From a virus (Duplodnaviria > Heunggongvirae > Uroviricota > Caudoviricetes): 12,199 bases of DNA. Both the position numbers and the translations under genes were made by a program. The notes beneath the pieces were generated by a model, which saw nothing but the letters and a program-made list of their open reading frames with translations, did not search any database and was not told the DNA's origin. Below, in pieces: positions 1-9,014 of this stretch (positions are counted from its first letter, which is position 1; each line of letters starts with the position of its first letter). The DNA is taken from the IMG/VR virus record IMGVR_UViG_3300024346_000020; one strand, 5' to 3'.

Positions 1-761
1 TTAGTTGCAGTTCCACCTCCACCTCTGTTATAAACATAACCATTTTCATCAACTATTAAAGAAACTGTTCCACCAGATGATGAAACTATAAATCTACTAT
101 TTGCTCTACTTCCTGTACCAACACTTAAAACTCCTGTTCTTACACTTGAATATGTTCCTATAGAAACATCTCCTGATACTGTTGCACCACTTGTTGTAGT
201 AATAAACTTAAACTCTTTTTCAGATTCATCCCATATAAATGCTTGTGTATCTGAACTTCCTCTATTAATAAATAAACCTGCATCAAAAATAGGTGTTCCA
301 GATTGACTACCCGCTAATAAAATAATAGGATCTCTAACAATTAAGTTTTCTGAATTTATAGTTGATGTTGTACCAATAATCATTAAATTACTACTAATTA
401 CAACAGTATCACCATTATCAGTAATACTACTATTACCTAATTTAGAAGGTGATATCCATTTTGGTATTGTATTTGTAACTCCATTACCACCTATACCTAT
501 AGAAGTCCAATGGTTAACATTAGTTGGATCTATACCTGAATAATAATAAATAGTACCAGTACTGGTTTCTAATAATAAACTATAACCACTTTTATATTTT
601 TCTGGAATTATAGATCCACCATCACCGGATGTATATTCCGAAATTAGTGAGTCACCACTAAAAGTAGCTATACTTCTTAATCCACCTCTAATATCACTAA
701 CATCAGCAATTGGATAGTTTGGATTATTGTGTCTTAATATGTCACCAAATTGAATACTCAT
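1..761 (-). CDS. Putative tail fibre / virion structural protein, N-terminal 253 aa only (runs off window start); paralog of 798..5183
   Basis: Not in the ORF track because there is no stop in the window. ATG at 761-759; manual translation MSIQFGDILRHNNPNYPIADVSDIRGGLRSIATFSG...VRDPIILLAGSQSGTPIFDAGLFINRGSSDTQAFIWDES...SLIVDENGYVYNRGGGGTAT. Aligns with the first ~230 aa of 798..5183. Function inferred from the paralog. Confidence 0.8.
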   Translation of the reverse strand, partial: MSIQFGDILRHNNPNYPIADVSDIRGGLRSIATFSGDSLISEYTSGDGGSIIPEKYKSGYSLLLETSTGTIYYYSGIDPTNVNHWTSIGIGGNGVTNTIPKWISPSKLGNSSITDNGDTVVISSNLMIIGTTSTINSENLIVRDPIILLAGSQSGTPIFDAGLFINRGSSDTQAFIWDESEKEFKFITTTSGATVSGDVSIGTYSSVRTGVLSVGTGSRANSRFIVSSSGGTVSLIVDENGYVYNRGGGGTAT

Positions 762-784
762 TTCTTCTTAATTATTTTTTCTTT

Positions 785-795
785 CTTATATATTA
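785..795 (-). promoter_or_regulatory. TAATATATAAG motif, candidate phage late promoter
   Basis: Plus strand cttatatatta, 23 nt upstream of the ATG at 761. Same motif at 7985-7995 and 9386-9396 with 24 and 23 nt gaps. Confidence 0.6.
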
Positions 796-797
796 TA

Positions 798-3700
798 TTA
801 TACAACCACCATCAAAGCATTTCCAGGAGTTTGATATATATCACCTGGAACTAAACCAGCACTTATTGCTAGACCATTACTTCCATATTGTGGTACATTT
901 CCTAAATTTATAATTCCTCTTAATTTTGTTTTTGTTATTGTATCAGCACCTAATGTTACTGAGTTTGAGCCTGAACCAGTTGCACCATAACCAATAACAA
1001 TTTCATTAGAAACATTTAAGCTTGTTGAGTTTGCGTTATAACCAATATATATGGATGCAGTTGCGTCTACTAAATTAGAATTACTTCCTGCGTATGATCC
1101 AAGAGCTAAATTATATGAACCTGTTCTAACATTGTATAGTGAGTGTACACCAAGAGCAGTATTATAAGTACCAGCTGGTGTTACAGAAGCTATATTTATT
1201 CTAAAACCTGAACCACCAACACCTGGTAAAATAGGTAAACCATAAGGACTATAACTATTATCCCACACACCAAGTACAATTGAAGTATCATGTACAACTG
1301 AACCACCATTAGTAAGAGTAACTGAACTTACTGTACCTCCAGGACCAACAATTATATCAGCCAGTGGGAAATCTGCCAATTGAGTACCTGGATAATAAAC
1401 AGGTCCTGATTTATAATTTAATGGAATACCTGAATATGTACCTGGTGTATAGTTAGAACCTGGTGAAAATGTTGCAGCCAATGTAGCTATTATACTTGTA
1501 TTCCAATTTAATGCACCTTTTCCAATTGCAACATTAAAATCACCTTTATTATTTTTATATAATGTATATTCACCAAGAGCAGTATTATAATTACCAGAAT
1601 TTCCAAAGTTTAATGACTGATAACCTATTCCAATATTATAAGAACCTGTTTTATTCCACAATAGTGAATTAGGACCAAGACCAATATTATATTGACCAGT
1701 TGAAGTATAAAATAGTGCACTATTACCAATTGCAATATTATTACTAGATAATCCAAATATACCACCACCCGTATCTAAATTATTTAATGTATTCATACCA
1801 AGTGCAATATTTGACGAACCATCTACTGCTCTATTCATTGCACTATTACCAATTGCAATATTATAGTAACCTCCTGTATTATAGTATAATACTTCATAAC
1901 CAATTGCAGTATTACTACTTGTATTAGTATTACTATATAATGCACCTTTTCCAACTATAGTATTATAACTACCAACTGAATTATAAAATAATGCACTATC
2001 TCCAACTACAGTATTATATTCACCAGTTGTATTTCTTGACAATGAATTATAACCCACTGCAGTATTTGCCTTACCTGTTGTATTAAAATATAATGATTGA
2101 TAACCAACTGCAGTACATGGAAAGGACACATAACTTGCAACTTTGTATGGACCATCAACTTGAGCAACATAGCTATATAATGCATTAAATCCAACTGCAG
2201 TATTACCACTATTTGATTTATTAGAATATAATGCACCATAACCAATTGCTGTATTAAATCCAGGAACTACTATATTAGAGATTCCTACTGAGAATCCAGT
2301 ACCTGAACCTCCTATACTTGACGCTGGCGCAGTCATTATTGTACTAAGATCCTTAAATCCAGTACCAAAATTTGTTCCTGGTGTAACTGATGTAACTGAG
2401 CCACCAGAAACAACAATTTGAACTCCTGTAGGATATGATATTGCAGTAGAACCACTTAACCATGTTAAATTAACATTTGAATAGGTTCCATTTGTATATC
2501 CACTCCCTCCTATTATTTCACCAAATCCATTAACAATTTGACTTCCAACAAAACCTGAACCTAAAGTAGATGTAGTATTGTACATTGCCTGAACACCCAC
2601 TGCGGTATTATAATAACCAGTTGTATTTGAGTATAATGAATTAGAACCAATTGCAGTATTATAATAACCTAGTGTATTATAATACATTGATTTATTACCA
2701 ACTACAGTATTTTCATATCCAGTTGTACTACTAATTAAGGACTGATATCCAAGTGCGGTATTACCAGAGCCAGTTGTTATATAACTTAATTTTACTGAGA
2801 AAGTTACTCCAGTTCCTAAATTGGCACCCATAATAGTTGTAACATCTTTAAAACCACTACCAGAACTAACTAGTTTAACAGTACTTACAGAACTAGTTGA
2901 ACCAACATAAACAGTTACTATTGGATAAATATTTGCGGTACTACCAGATATATATGATAATTGAACATTTGAAAATGTACTACTTGCTGTATATCCAGAA
3001 CCACCATCAGTTATTATTAAGGTTGCAGTAATTTGTCCTGTTGCAGTATTATTATATAATGATGAAACCCCAAATGCAGAGTTACCATCACCAGTTGTAT
3101 TATTATATAATGACTGATAACCAAGTGCAGAATTATAACCACCAGTTGTATTTGAGTATAATGAATTAGAACCAATTGCAGTATTATTTGTACCAGTTGA
3201 TACTAATAGTGCATTGAATCCATATAAAGTATTTGAACCTCTTGCATCATTATAAACACTTCCATTTGGTGCAACTACTAATGAAGTAACTAAACTTGAT
3301 CCAGTTGTTGCTCTTGTTGAAAATTTAATTCCACCACTAGATACGGCATTATTATAATTACTCATATATCCAGATATAAGACCATATCTATGTCCAACAT
3401 TATAAGGACTATTTGCACCTGGTTGTCCCTGTGATGAGAATGAAATTTCTGATAAATTATTTAAAACACCGTTATTATCACCATTATACAAATCTAACAT
3501 TATATTACTACCAATTGTAGTTGATGATGTACTTGATTGTATAAATAATTTAGCACCACTAATTGATTGTGTTGAACCAATATTTACATAACCTCCTAAT
3601 GTATTAAACATAACCTCACCATCAGTAACCTCAATAGATCTAAATTTATTTAGATCATTTGTCAATGTTGGTTTAATATAAAGACCTATGTCTATTCCTG

Positions 3701-5183
3701 ATGAAGTACCAGTTTTATTTATAGTAGGACTTAGTTCAATCATTCTTAATTGATTATTAGAAGAACTAGCAGCAATTGTATATTCTTGTAATATAATTTT
3801 TTGTGTTAAATTAGAATAACCTGCTGGAAGAGTAGTATATTGTGGGTCAAACTTAAATGTAGCAGTAGCTGTACTATATGCTTTAAATATGATATTACCT
3901 GCACCACCTTCCCACATACCAGTTGCACTATCACTAAATGCATATCTACCACCTGACTTTGATGTAACATAATCTCCATTTGTGTGTATCCCAAAGCCAA
4001 AACCACCTACATTAATATCCAGTCTTGTGTTACTAAAAGCAGAAGAAAATGTTGGTCCTATTGATACTTTACCAGAATCTTCAACTAAGAATATACTTGC
4101 ACTATTACTCCAAGTTGCACCAGTTCCAACAACTTTCATAATACTTGATGTAGTACCTTTAACAAATAATGTACTTTGTTGACTTGCAGGTAAACCATAT
4201 CCTGCAAAAACAATATTTGTACCAACAAATAAATTTCCTATTGTTCCTATTGTGTTTTGTACCTCTATTGGATTACCCCATTGGTTTGTTATTTGATAAT
4301 CAGTAAATTTCCATCCATATTGATAATTATATCCACTTAATGTATCTGTACCGATTATTATTTGCTTACTACCTGGTGAATATATTGAAGTTTTATCTCC
4401 AAAAGTAATAGAACCAGGAGGTAGATTAGAAATTGTTACACCCGTAACTTTTGTACCACCACTAAAAACAGTATCACCTTGTTCATTTACTACTAATGAT
4501 AATGTACCACCAGTTGATGAAACAGAAAATCTACTTGATGTAACTCCAGTACCAACTGATAAAGCACCAGTTCTTACGTTTGAATATGTTCCTATAGAAA
4601 CATTACCCAAAGTAGTCGAACTACTAGTAGTTGAGAAAAACGAAAACTCACTTGAAGATTCATCCCATATAAAAGCTTGTGTAGCACCAGTACCTCTATT
4701 TATAAATAAACCAGAATCCATTGTCGGTGTTCCTAATTGATCACCTGCCAATAACATTATTGGGTCTTTAACAATTAAGTTTTCTGAATTTACTGTTGAT
4801 GTTGTTCCAATAATCAATAGATTACCATTGATAGTAATAGTATCACCATCATCAGTTATTATACTATCACCTAATATAGACTGACCAAGCCATTTAGTAA
4901 CACTATTGGTTGTACCAGATCCAGAAAATCCACTACTTATAGGTGTCCAACTAGTAGTAACTGTAGAATCAGTTCCAGATAAATAATAAAATTTGTTAGT
5001 ATTTGTAACTAATAAAGTACTATAATTTTGTTTTAACTTTTCTGGTATACCATCAAATGCATTATATAAATCGATATTACTAAAAGTAGCAATAATTCTT
5101 AATCCGCCTTTAACATCTGTAACATCAGCAATTGGATAGTTTGGATTATTGTGTCCTAGTATGTCACCAAATTGAATACTCAT
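798..5183 (-). CDS. Large tail fibre / receptor-binding-like structural protein (1461 aa) with ~24 17-aa N-T-A-x-G-x-x-(A/S)-L-Y-x-N-T-T-G repeats
   Basis: Long intact ORF, G/S/T/N-rich. Repeats resemble beta-roll/beta-helix repeats of trimeric adhesins and phage fibres. Three ~90-110 aa inserts split the repeat tracts. The C-terminus (EIVIGYGATGSGSNSVTLG...AGLVPGDIYQTPGNALMVVV) shows no recognisable peptidase S74 chaperone. Confidence 0.75.
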   Translation of the reverse strand: MSIQFGDILGHNNPNYPIADVTDVKGGLRIIATFSNIDLYNAFDGIPEKLKQNYSTLLVTNTNKFYYLSGTDSTVTTSWTPISSGFSGSGTTNSVTKWLGQSILGDSIITDDGDTITINGNLLIIGTTSTVNSENLIVKDPIMLLAGDQLGTPTMDSGLFINRGTGATQAFIWDESSSEFSFFSTTSSSTTLGNVSIGTYSNVRTGALSVGTGVTSSRFSVSSTGGTLSLVVNEQGDTVFSGGTKVTGVTISNLPPGSITFGDKTSIYSPGSKQIIIGTDTLSGYNYQYGWKFTDYQITNQWGNPIEVQNTIGTIGNLFVGTNIVFAGYGLPASQQSTLFVKGTTSSIMKVVGTGATWSNSASIFLVEDSGKVSIGPTFSSAFSNTRLDINVGGFGFGIHTNGDYVTSKSGGRYAFSDSATGMWEGGAGNIIFKAYSTATATFKFDPQYTTLPAGYSNLTQKIILQEYTIAASSSNNQLRMIELSPTINKTGTSSGIDIGLYIKPTLTNDLNKFRSIEVTDGEVMFNTLGGYVNIGSTQSISGAKLFIQSSTSSTTIGSNIMLDLYNGDNNGVLNNLSEISFSSQGQPGANSPYNVGHRYGLISGYMSNYNNAVSSGGIKFSTRATTGSSLVTSLVVAPNGSVYNDARGSNTLYGFNALLVSTGTNNTAIGSNSLYSNTTGGYNSALGYQSLYNNTTGDGNSAFGVSSLYNNTATGQITATLIITDGGSGYTASSTFSNVQLSYISGSTANIYPIVTVYVGSTSSVSTVKLVSSGSGFKDVTTIMGANLGTGVTFSVKLSYITTGSGNTALGYQSLISSTTGYENTVVGNKSMYYNTLGYYNTAIGSNSLYSNTTGYYNTAVGVQAMYNTTSTLGSGFVGSQIVNGFGEIIGGSGYTNGTYSNVNLTWLSGSTAISYPTGVQIVVSGGSVTSVTPGTNFGTGFKDLSTIMTAPASSIGGSGTGFSVGISNIVVPGFNTAIGYGALYSNKSNSGNTAVGFNALYSYVAQVDGPYKVASYVSFPCTAVGYQSLYFNTTGKANTAVGYNSLSRNTTGEYNTVVGDSALFYNSVGSYNTIVGKGALYSNTNTSSNTAIGYEVLYYNTGGYYNIAIGNSAMNRAVDGSSNIALGMNTLNNLDTGGGIFGLSSNNIAIGNSALFYTSTGQYNIGLGPNSLLWNKTGSYNIGIGYQSLNFGNSGNYNTALGEYTLYKNNKGDFNVAIGKGALNWNTSIIATLAATFSPGSNYTPGTYSGIPLNYKSGPVYYPGTQLADFPLADIIVGPGGTVSSVTLTNGGSVVHDTSIVLGVWDNSYSPYGLPILPGVGGSGFRINIASVTPAGTYNTALGVHSLYNVRTGSYNLALGSYAGSNSNLVDATASIYIGYNANSTSLNVSNEIVIGYGATGSGSNSVTLGADTITKTKLRGIINLGNVPQYGSNGLAISAGLVPGDIYQTPGNALMVVV
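2616..3187. repeat. Exact 47-nt direct repeat (2616-2662 and 3141-3187) inside the fibre gene
   Basis: accagttgtatttgagtataatgaattagaaccaattgcagtattat appears twice; it encodes NTAIGSNSLYSNTTG on the minus strand. Confidence 0.9.
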
Positions 5184-5206
5184 TTATTTTTATTTATTTT
5201 TGAATT

Positions 5207-7960
5207 TTATAATGTTGTTATTGTTACTGTTGTTCCATTACCATAACTATTATCAGCAACTGCAATATATATAGTATATGATACTAATGCACCACTTATT
5301 GTTGTAATTGATAGTGCAGAAGTTCTTTTTATAAATGCAGTTAGTGTACTTGAAACTGTTGGTGGTGGAATCGATTCTGGATAAGGAGTTACTGTTAAAG
5401 ATGAAAGATCTCCTAATGAAGAAGGATAAGCAAATACCAATCTTGAACCAGCACCCCCATCATTGGAAGCGAATTTTTGTGCCTTAGTACCAAATTTATA
5501 ATTTCCAAGTCCTTCCACGATACTTTGAAGAGCAACTGAATTATATGCATCAACATCTGTTTGAGTAAGACTTATAGAAACTTGTCCAATATTAGCATAT
5601 CCATAGTAAAATACATTACTAAATGCCAATGATGCACTAACTGATGTACTATCACTTCCAGTTGCTGCAATTACCTGTGAACCAGATACAATTAAACCAG
5701 TTTTTGGTTTTGATATTGTTGTAGTATAAGTAATACCACTAGATAATCCAACAGTAGATAAAGTTGCACTAACTTTTGGATATGAACCTGAACTAAATGT
5801 ATATGATCCAGTTATTGTAGATGGGGTTGAAAATCCAGTAGTTGCTGCAGGAATACTACTTGTTCCTGTATATTTTACTATACATCCATTAGGTACTGTT
5901 ACTGAATTCGATGTACTAAATGTACCTACTGTAAACGGAGTCATACTTGTTCCAGTACCGTTTATTGCAGTCGGTCCAAATGATGTAGTACCATCAGACT
6001 TATATATCTCCCATCTAGAAACAATTGTCGGAGTAACTAATGATGTTGCTGCCAAGTCTATCTCAACTTGTTGATTATTTAGTTTACCAACTAATCTAGC
6101 AGGGTTTTGTTGAGGTAAATCACCTTGAAAAACTAAATTATATTCAGACGATAATAATACCGATTGTCTATCGTATAAATAATTATCAAATACTAAGTTA
6201 TCTTGTACTGATGAATTATTAGTATTCAAATTATATTGACCTGATAGATTATTCATTGTAATATTAGTTTGTTCAATACCTCTAAAGTTGATATTTTCAT
6301 TATAAGAATTTACTATATTTTGACTACCAATTCCCTTAGTACTAGCTGTTGCATATACATTTCCCCATTGAAATGCTTTTATTGGATTATATAATCCAAC
6401 ATCATCTATCCAATAGCTAATATTTTGTGAATTAGTGCTTACTATATTTGTACCTCTTTCATTTCTATAAATGATTTTATCAGTAAGTCTATCATACTTA
6501 ATTTTATCATAACTAATATTATAATTTGGAGTCGTGTAAGAAAGAAGTAACCATTCTGATAAATCTAAATTATAAGTATCTACTGATGCTAATGTATTAA
6601 CTCCTGAGATATTACTCCATGCTCTACCACCCCAATAAGCAACAGAGTTCGTTGCATAAGATGATGAAGTACCACCCCATATTTTATATCCAGCAACTGT
6701 TTGATCATACTTAGGATTAAAGAATTGACCCTCACCAACATCATTTAAAATTCCTTGTGAATTTGTTGTTAGGTATATTTCTGTACCACCATATAAACCA
6801 ACATCAGCATCTGTTATTCTATAAGTACTAGATGATGACAATGGTGATATTAAAGCAAATTGAGCAACAGTTACTGTAATAACCGGTGTTACACTACCGG
6901 CTCCGGACGACCAACTAAGATTACCTGTACCATCTGTTGTTATAACTTGCCCAAAAGTTCCATCTGATAAAGGTAGTTTATATTGATTATTAATATCAAC
7001 TATACCACCTAAATAAACGGTATCTGAACTATCAACTATTAAATTTTGACCACCAATAACAACTGTATTAGTTAAACTATCATTTACGGTTGTATTTGAT
7101 GATAATATAATGGCATTAGCACTAGTTGGTGTAGTAGAAATAGTATCTATATTGTCCGTAATAAAAATACCATTATATGTAGTCATTACAGCACCATTTG
7201 CACCCAATATACCAATAATATTTGTACCTGATGTTATATAAGCCTCATTATCACTATTAAATTTTAATTGTCCAACACCGCTAATTCCTTTTACATAACC
7301 ACCATCTTTTATTATTAAATTAGGTACATAAACAGAGTTTGATTGTGTTCCAACAATATTAGAACCACCAATAATAACACTATTATTAACGGTATTTGAA
7401 AATCTCGAACCATTTGATGATATAAATGCAGGAATCCTATTACCAGAGGCTCTCACAGTTGTTGCTGTTGTAAATTCTAAAACATTTGTTGTTCCTAACT
7501 TTAAATAAGAGTTGTTATTTTGTAATAGAAATTGATTTGCACCATAAGCTAAACTTATATAGGATGTATTCATTACTACAGATGAGCTTAAACCAGTTAG
7601 TTGAATAGTAGTATCAGTCATAGTTAAAGTAGAACCAGTTATTAAACTAGAAGATGATAATTCTACATAATTACTATAACTACCATTATCTAATCTTAAA
7701 CTAGCAGAGCCACCAGAGGATTTAATACCAGAATTTATATCTAAAAATATAGAATTCGTACCTGTTGTTTTACCAATAGATAATGTTTGTGCAAGTGAAC
7801 CAATTCCACCACCTGATCCAATTGGTGTAATAATACCTAAATGATCTTTTTGTTTTAAAACTCCATCTAATGTATCATACGCAACTAGGAATCCACCAAT
7901 TGAAGAAGGTGTAGCTGCAGTTATCATATTTACTCTACTCTCAAAAAGAACTAATGCCAT
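5207..7960 (-). CDS. Large virion structural / tail-associated protein (917 aa)
   Basis: Intact ORF, S/T/G-rich. Contains the fibre-hinge-like segment LPLSDGTFGQVITTDGTGNLSWS and two short SV(I/V)IGG repeats. Lies 23 nt from the next fibre gene and is probably co-transcribed with it. Exact function not assignable. Confidence 0.65.
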   Translation of the reverse strand: MALVLFESRVNMITAATPSSIGGFLVAYDTLDGVLKQKDHLGIITPIGSGGGIGSLAQTLSIGKTTGTNSIFLDINSGIKSSGGSASLRLDNGSYSNYVELSSSSLITGSTLTMTDTTIQLTGLSSSVVMNTSYISLAYGANQFLLQNNNSYLKLGTTNVLEFTTATTVRASGNRIPAFISSNGSRFSNTVNNSVIIGGSNIVGTQSNSVYVPNLIIKDGGYVKGISGVGQLKFNSDNEAYITSGTNIIGILGANGAVMTTYNGIFITDNIDTISTTPTSANAIILSSNTTVNDSLTNTVVIGGQNLIVDSSDTVYLGGIVDINNQYKLPLSDGTFGQVITTDGTGNLSWSSGAGSVTPVITVTVAQFALISPLSSSSTYRITDADVGLYGGTEIYLTTNSQGILNDVGEGQFFNPKYDQTVAGYKIWGGTSSSYATNSVAYWGGRAWSNISGVNTLASVDTYNLDLSEWLLLSYTTPNYNISYDKIKYDRLTDKIIYRNERGTNIVSTNSQNISYWIDDVGLYNPIKAFQWGNVYATASTKGIGSQNIVNSYNENINFRGIEQTNITMNNLSGQYNLNTNNSSVQDNLVFDNYLYDRQSVLLSSEYNLVFQGDLPQQNPARLVGKLNNQQVEIDLAATSLVTPTIVSRWEIYKSDGTTSFGPTAINGTGTSMTPFTVGTFSTSNSVTVPNGCIVKYTGTSSIPAATTGFSTPSTITGSYTFSSGSYPKVSATLSTVGLSSGITYTTTISKPKTGLIVSGSQVIAATGSDSTSVSASLAFSNVFYYGYANIGQVSISLTQTDVDAYNSVALQSIVEGLGNYKFGTKAQKFASNDGGAGSRLVFAYPSSLGDLSSLTVTPYPESIPPPTVSSTLTAFIKRTSALSITTISGALVSYTIYIAVADNSYGNGTTVTITTL

Positions 7961-7977
7961 AATTTTATATAAAATAT

Positions 7978-8008
7978 TTTGTATCTTATATATTATTTTT
8001 TATATTTG
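7978..8008 (+). promoter_or_regulatory. Bacteroidetes-type housekeeping sigma promoter (-33 TTTG / -7 TAnnTTTG)
   Basis: TTTG 7978-7981, 19-nt spacer, TATATTTG 8001-8008, then ATG at 8028. Matches the established Bacteroides/Flavobacterium consensus. Confidence 0.65.
7985..7995 (-). promoter_or_regulatory. TAATATATAAG motif, candidate phage late promoter
   Basis: 24 nt upstream of the ATG at 7960; identical to the copy at 785-795. Confidence 0.6.
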
Positions 8009-8027
8009 TAAATTAAAGGAAAGTAAC

Positions 8028-8534
8028 ATGATTATTACAAAAGGTGAAATAAGTGAGAAGAAAAATAAATCTAAGATATTTAGATTTGAAAATGAAGAGG
8101 ATGAAAAGGAACATTATAGTAAATTTGACTTACATAAAAGTACAATTAAAACAGGTAAATTCTTTTTATATGAGTCTATAGTTGGTGGTAGAAGTCAATC
8201 AGTTTTGACTTATCCTAAGTTAGGACTTTTTATAGATACTTATCTAGTAGATCAAGCTCTAGAGATTGAATGGATTGATACTAGAAGAACTTGGGAATAT
8301 AACTGTGAGTATGAATATGATTATAATGGTAAAATATACACCAATATTGTTGCAGAAGATAAATCTGAGTTAAAAAGTTTAATTCTATGGGGTGATATAA
8401 TGTGTGTTTATGGAATTTGGGACACAAAACCAGATTGGAAACAATTAAGACAAGCATACGAAAGAACTTTATGGTTCAAAAAAACAAAATCTGAACTGAG
8501 AAATTCTCAAATAAATAGAATACTAAATGGATAA
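8028..8534 (+). CDS. Hypothetical protein (168 aa)
   Basis: ORF follows a promoter, has normal composition and overlaps the next start by 8 nt. Ends ELRNSQINRILNG. Confidence 0.8.
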   Translation: MIITKGEISEKKNKSKIFRFENEEDEKEHYSKFDLHKSTIKTGKFFLYESIVGGRSQSVLTYPKLGLFIDTYLVDQALEIEWIDTRRTWEYNCEYEYDYNGKIYTNIVAEDKSELKSLILWGDIMCVYGIWDTKPDWKQLRQAYERTLWFKKTKSELRNSQINRILNG

Positions 8535-8787
8535 ACAAGAAATAATCGACCTAGTAATTACAATGAAAAGTGGTGCAGTTAAACTTCAAATATTTGAAGC
8601 TGCGAGTGCTCTAAGAAGTATTGAGAATACTTTTAAAGGACAGTTTGGTAAAATATCACAAAATCCAACACTTGAAAATCTTTCAATGTTGTTAAAAGGG
8701 TATATAGATACTAATATAGATGAAGACTCTAAAGTTTATCTAAAAAGTTCTTTACGAGACTTAAAAATAAACGAAGTATTAAAATGA
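8527..8787 (+). CDS. Hypothetical protein with UVR-like (UvrB/UvrC, ClpC middle domain) motif (86 aa)
   Basis: KSGAVKLQIFEAASALRSIE resembles the UVR consensus AV..Q.FE.AA.LR. ATGA overlap with the next gene. Ends LRDLKINEVLK. Confidence 0.65.
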   Translation: MDKQEIIDLVITMKSGAVKLQIFEAASALRSIENTFKGQFGKISQNPTLENLSMLLKGYIDTNIDEDSKVYLKSSLRDLKINEVLK

Positions 8788-9014
8788 AAGAATATTATAA
8801 AGAAAAACTAATCGAATATAAAAATCATTTCTTTACAATAGGCGAGTATGAGCGGGCAACCGAATTGAGAAATTTAGAAATTTTACAATTCATAGATTCT
8901 ACTTGGATTATTTGGAATGAAGAAAACTTTCTCAACGAAATAAGAAAGTTTTGTGAAATATATAAACAAGATTGGATATTGAGAGATTTAAAAATAGATT
9001 TAATATCTAGGTAA
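8784..9014 (+). CDS. Hypothetical protein with UVR-like motif, probable paralog of 8527..8787 (76 aa)
   Basis: GEYERATELRNLE motif at a similar position; ends LRDLKIDLISR; start overlaps the upstream stop (ATGA). Confidence 0.65.
   Translation: MKEYYKEKLIEYKNHFFTIGEYERATELRNLEILQFIDSTWIIWNEENFLNEIRKFCEIYKQDWILRDLKIDLISR

Noticed and set aside
710-913. 67-aa plus-strand ORF in the track
   Set aside because: Antisense shadow across the junction of two long minus-strand genes; composition reflects reverse-complement bias.
798-1000. Peptidase S74 intramolecular chaperone at the fibre C-terminus
   Set aside because: The expected SD.RLK-type start motif is absent; the protein ends in a short different segment.
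2006-2245. 79-aa minus-strand ORF
   Set aside because: Alternative frame wholly inside the 1461-aa gene; no independent signals.
960-3240. CRISPR array suggested by ~51-nt periodicity
   Set aside because: Periodicity is the 17-aa protein repeat; no constant repeat with unique spacers and no cas genes.
3806-4182. Two 66-aa ORFs (3806..4006 minus, 3982..4182 plus)
   Set aside because: Out-of-frame or antisense shadows inside the fibre gene.
698-5185. Diversity-generating retroelement (TR/VR pair) as explanation for the repeats
   Set aside because: No reverse transcriptase in the window, repeats are at gene 5' ends or exact, and mismatches are not adenine-specific.
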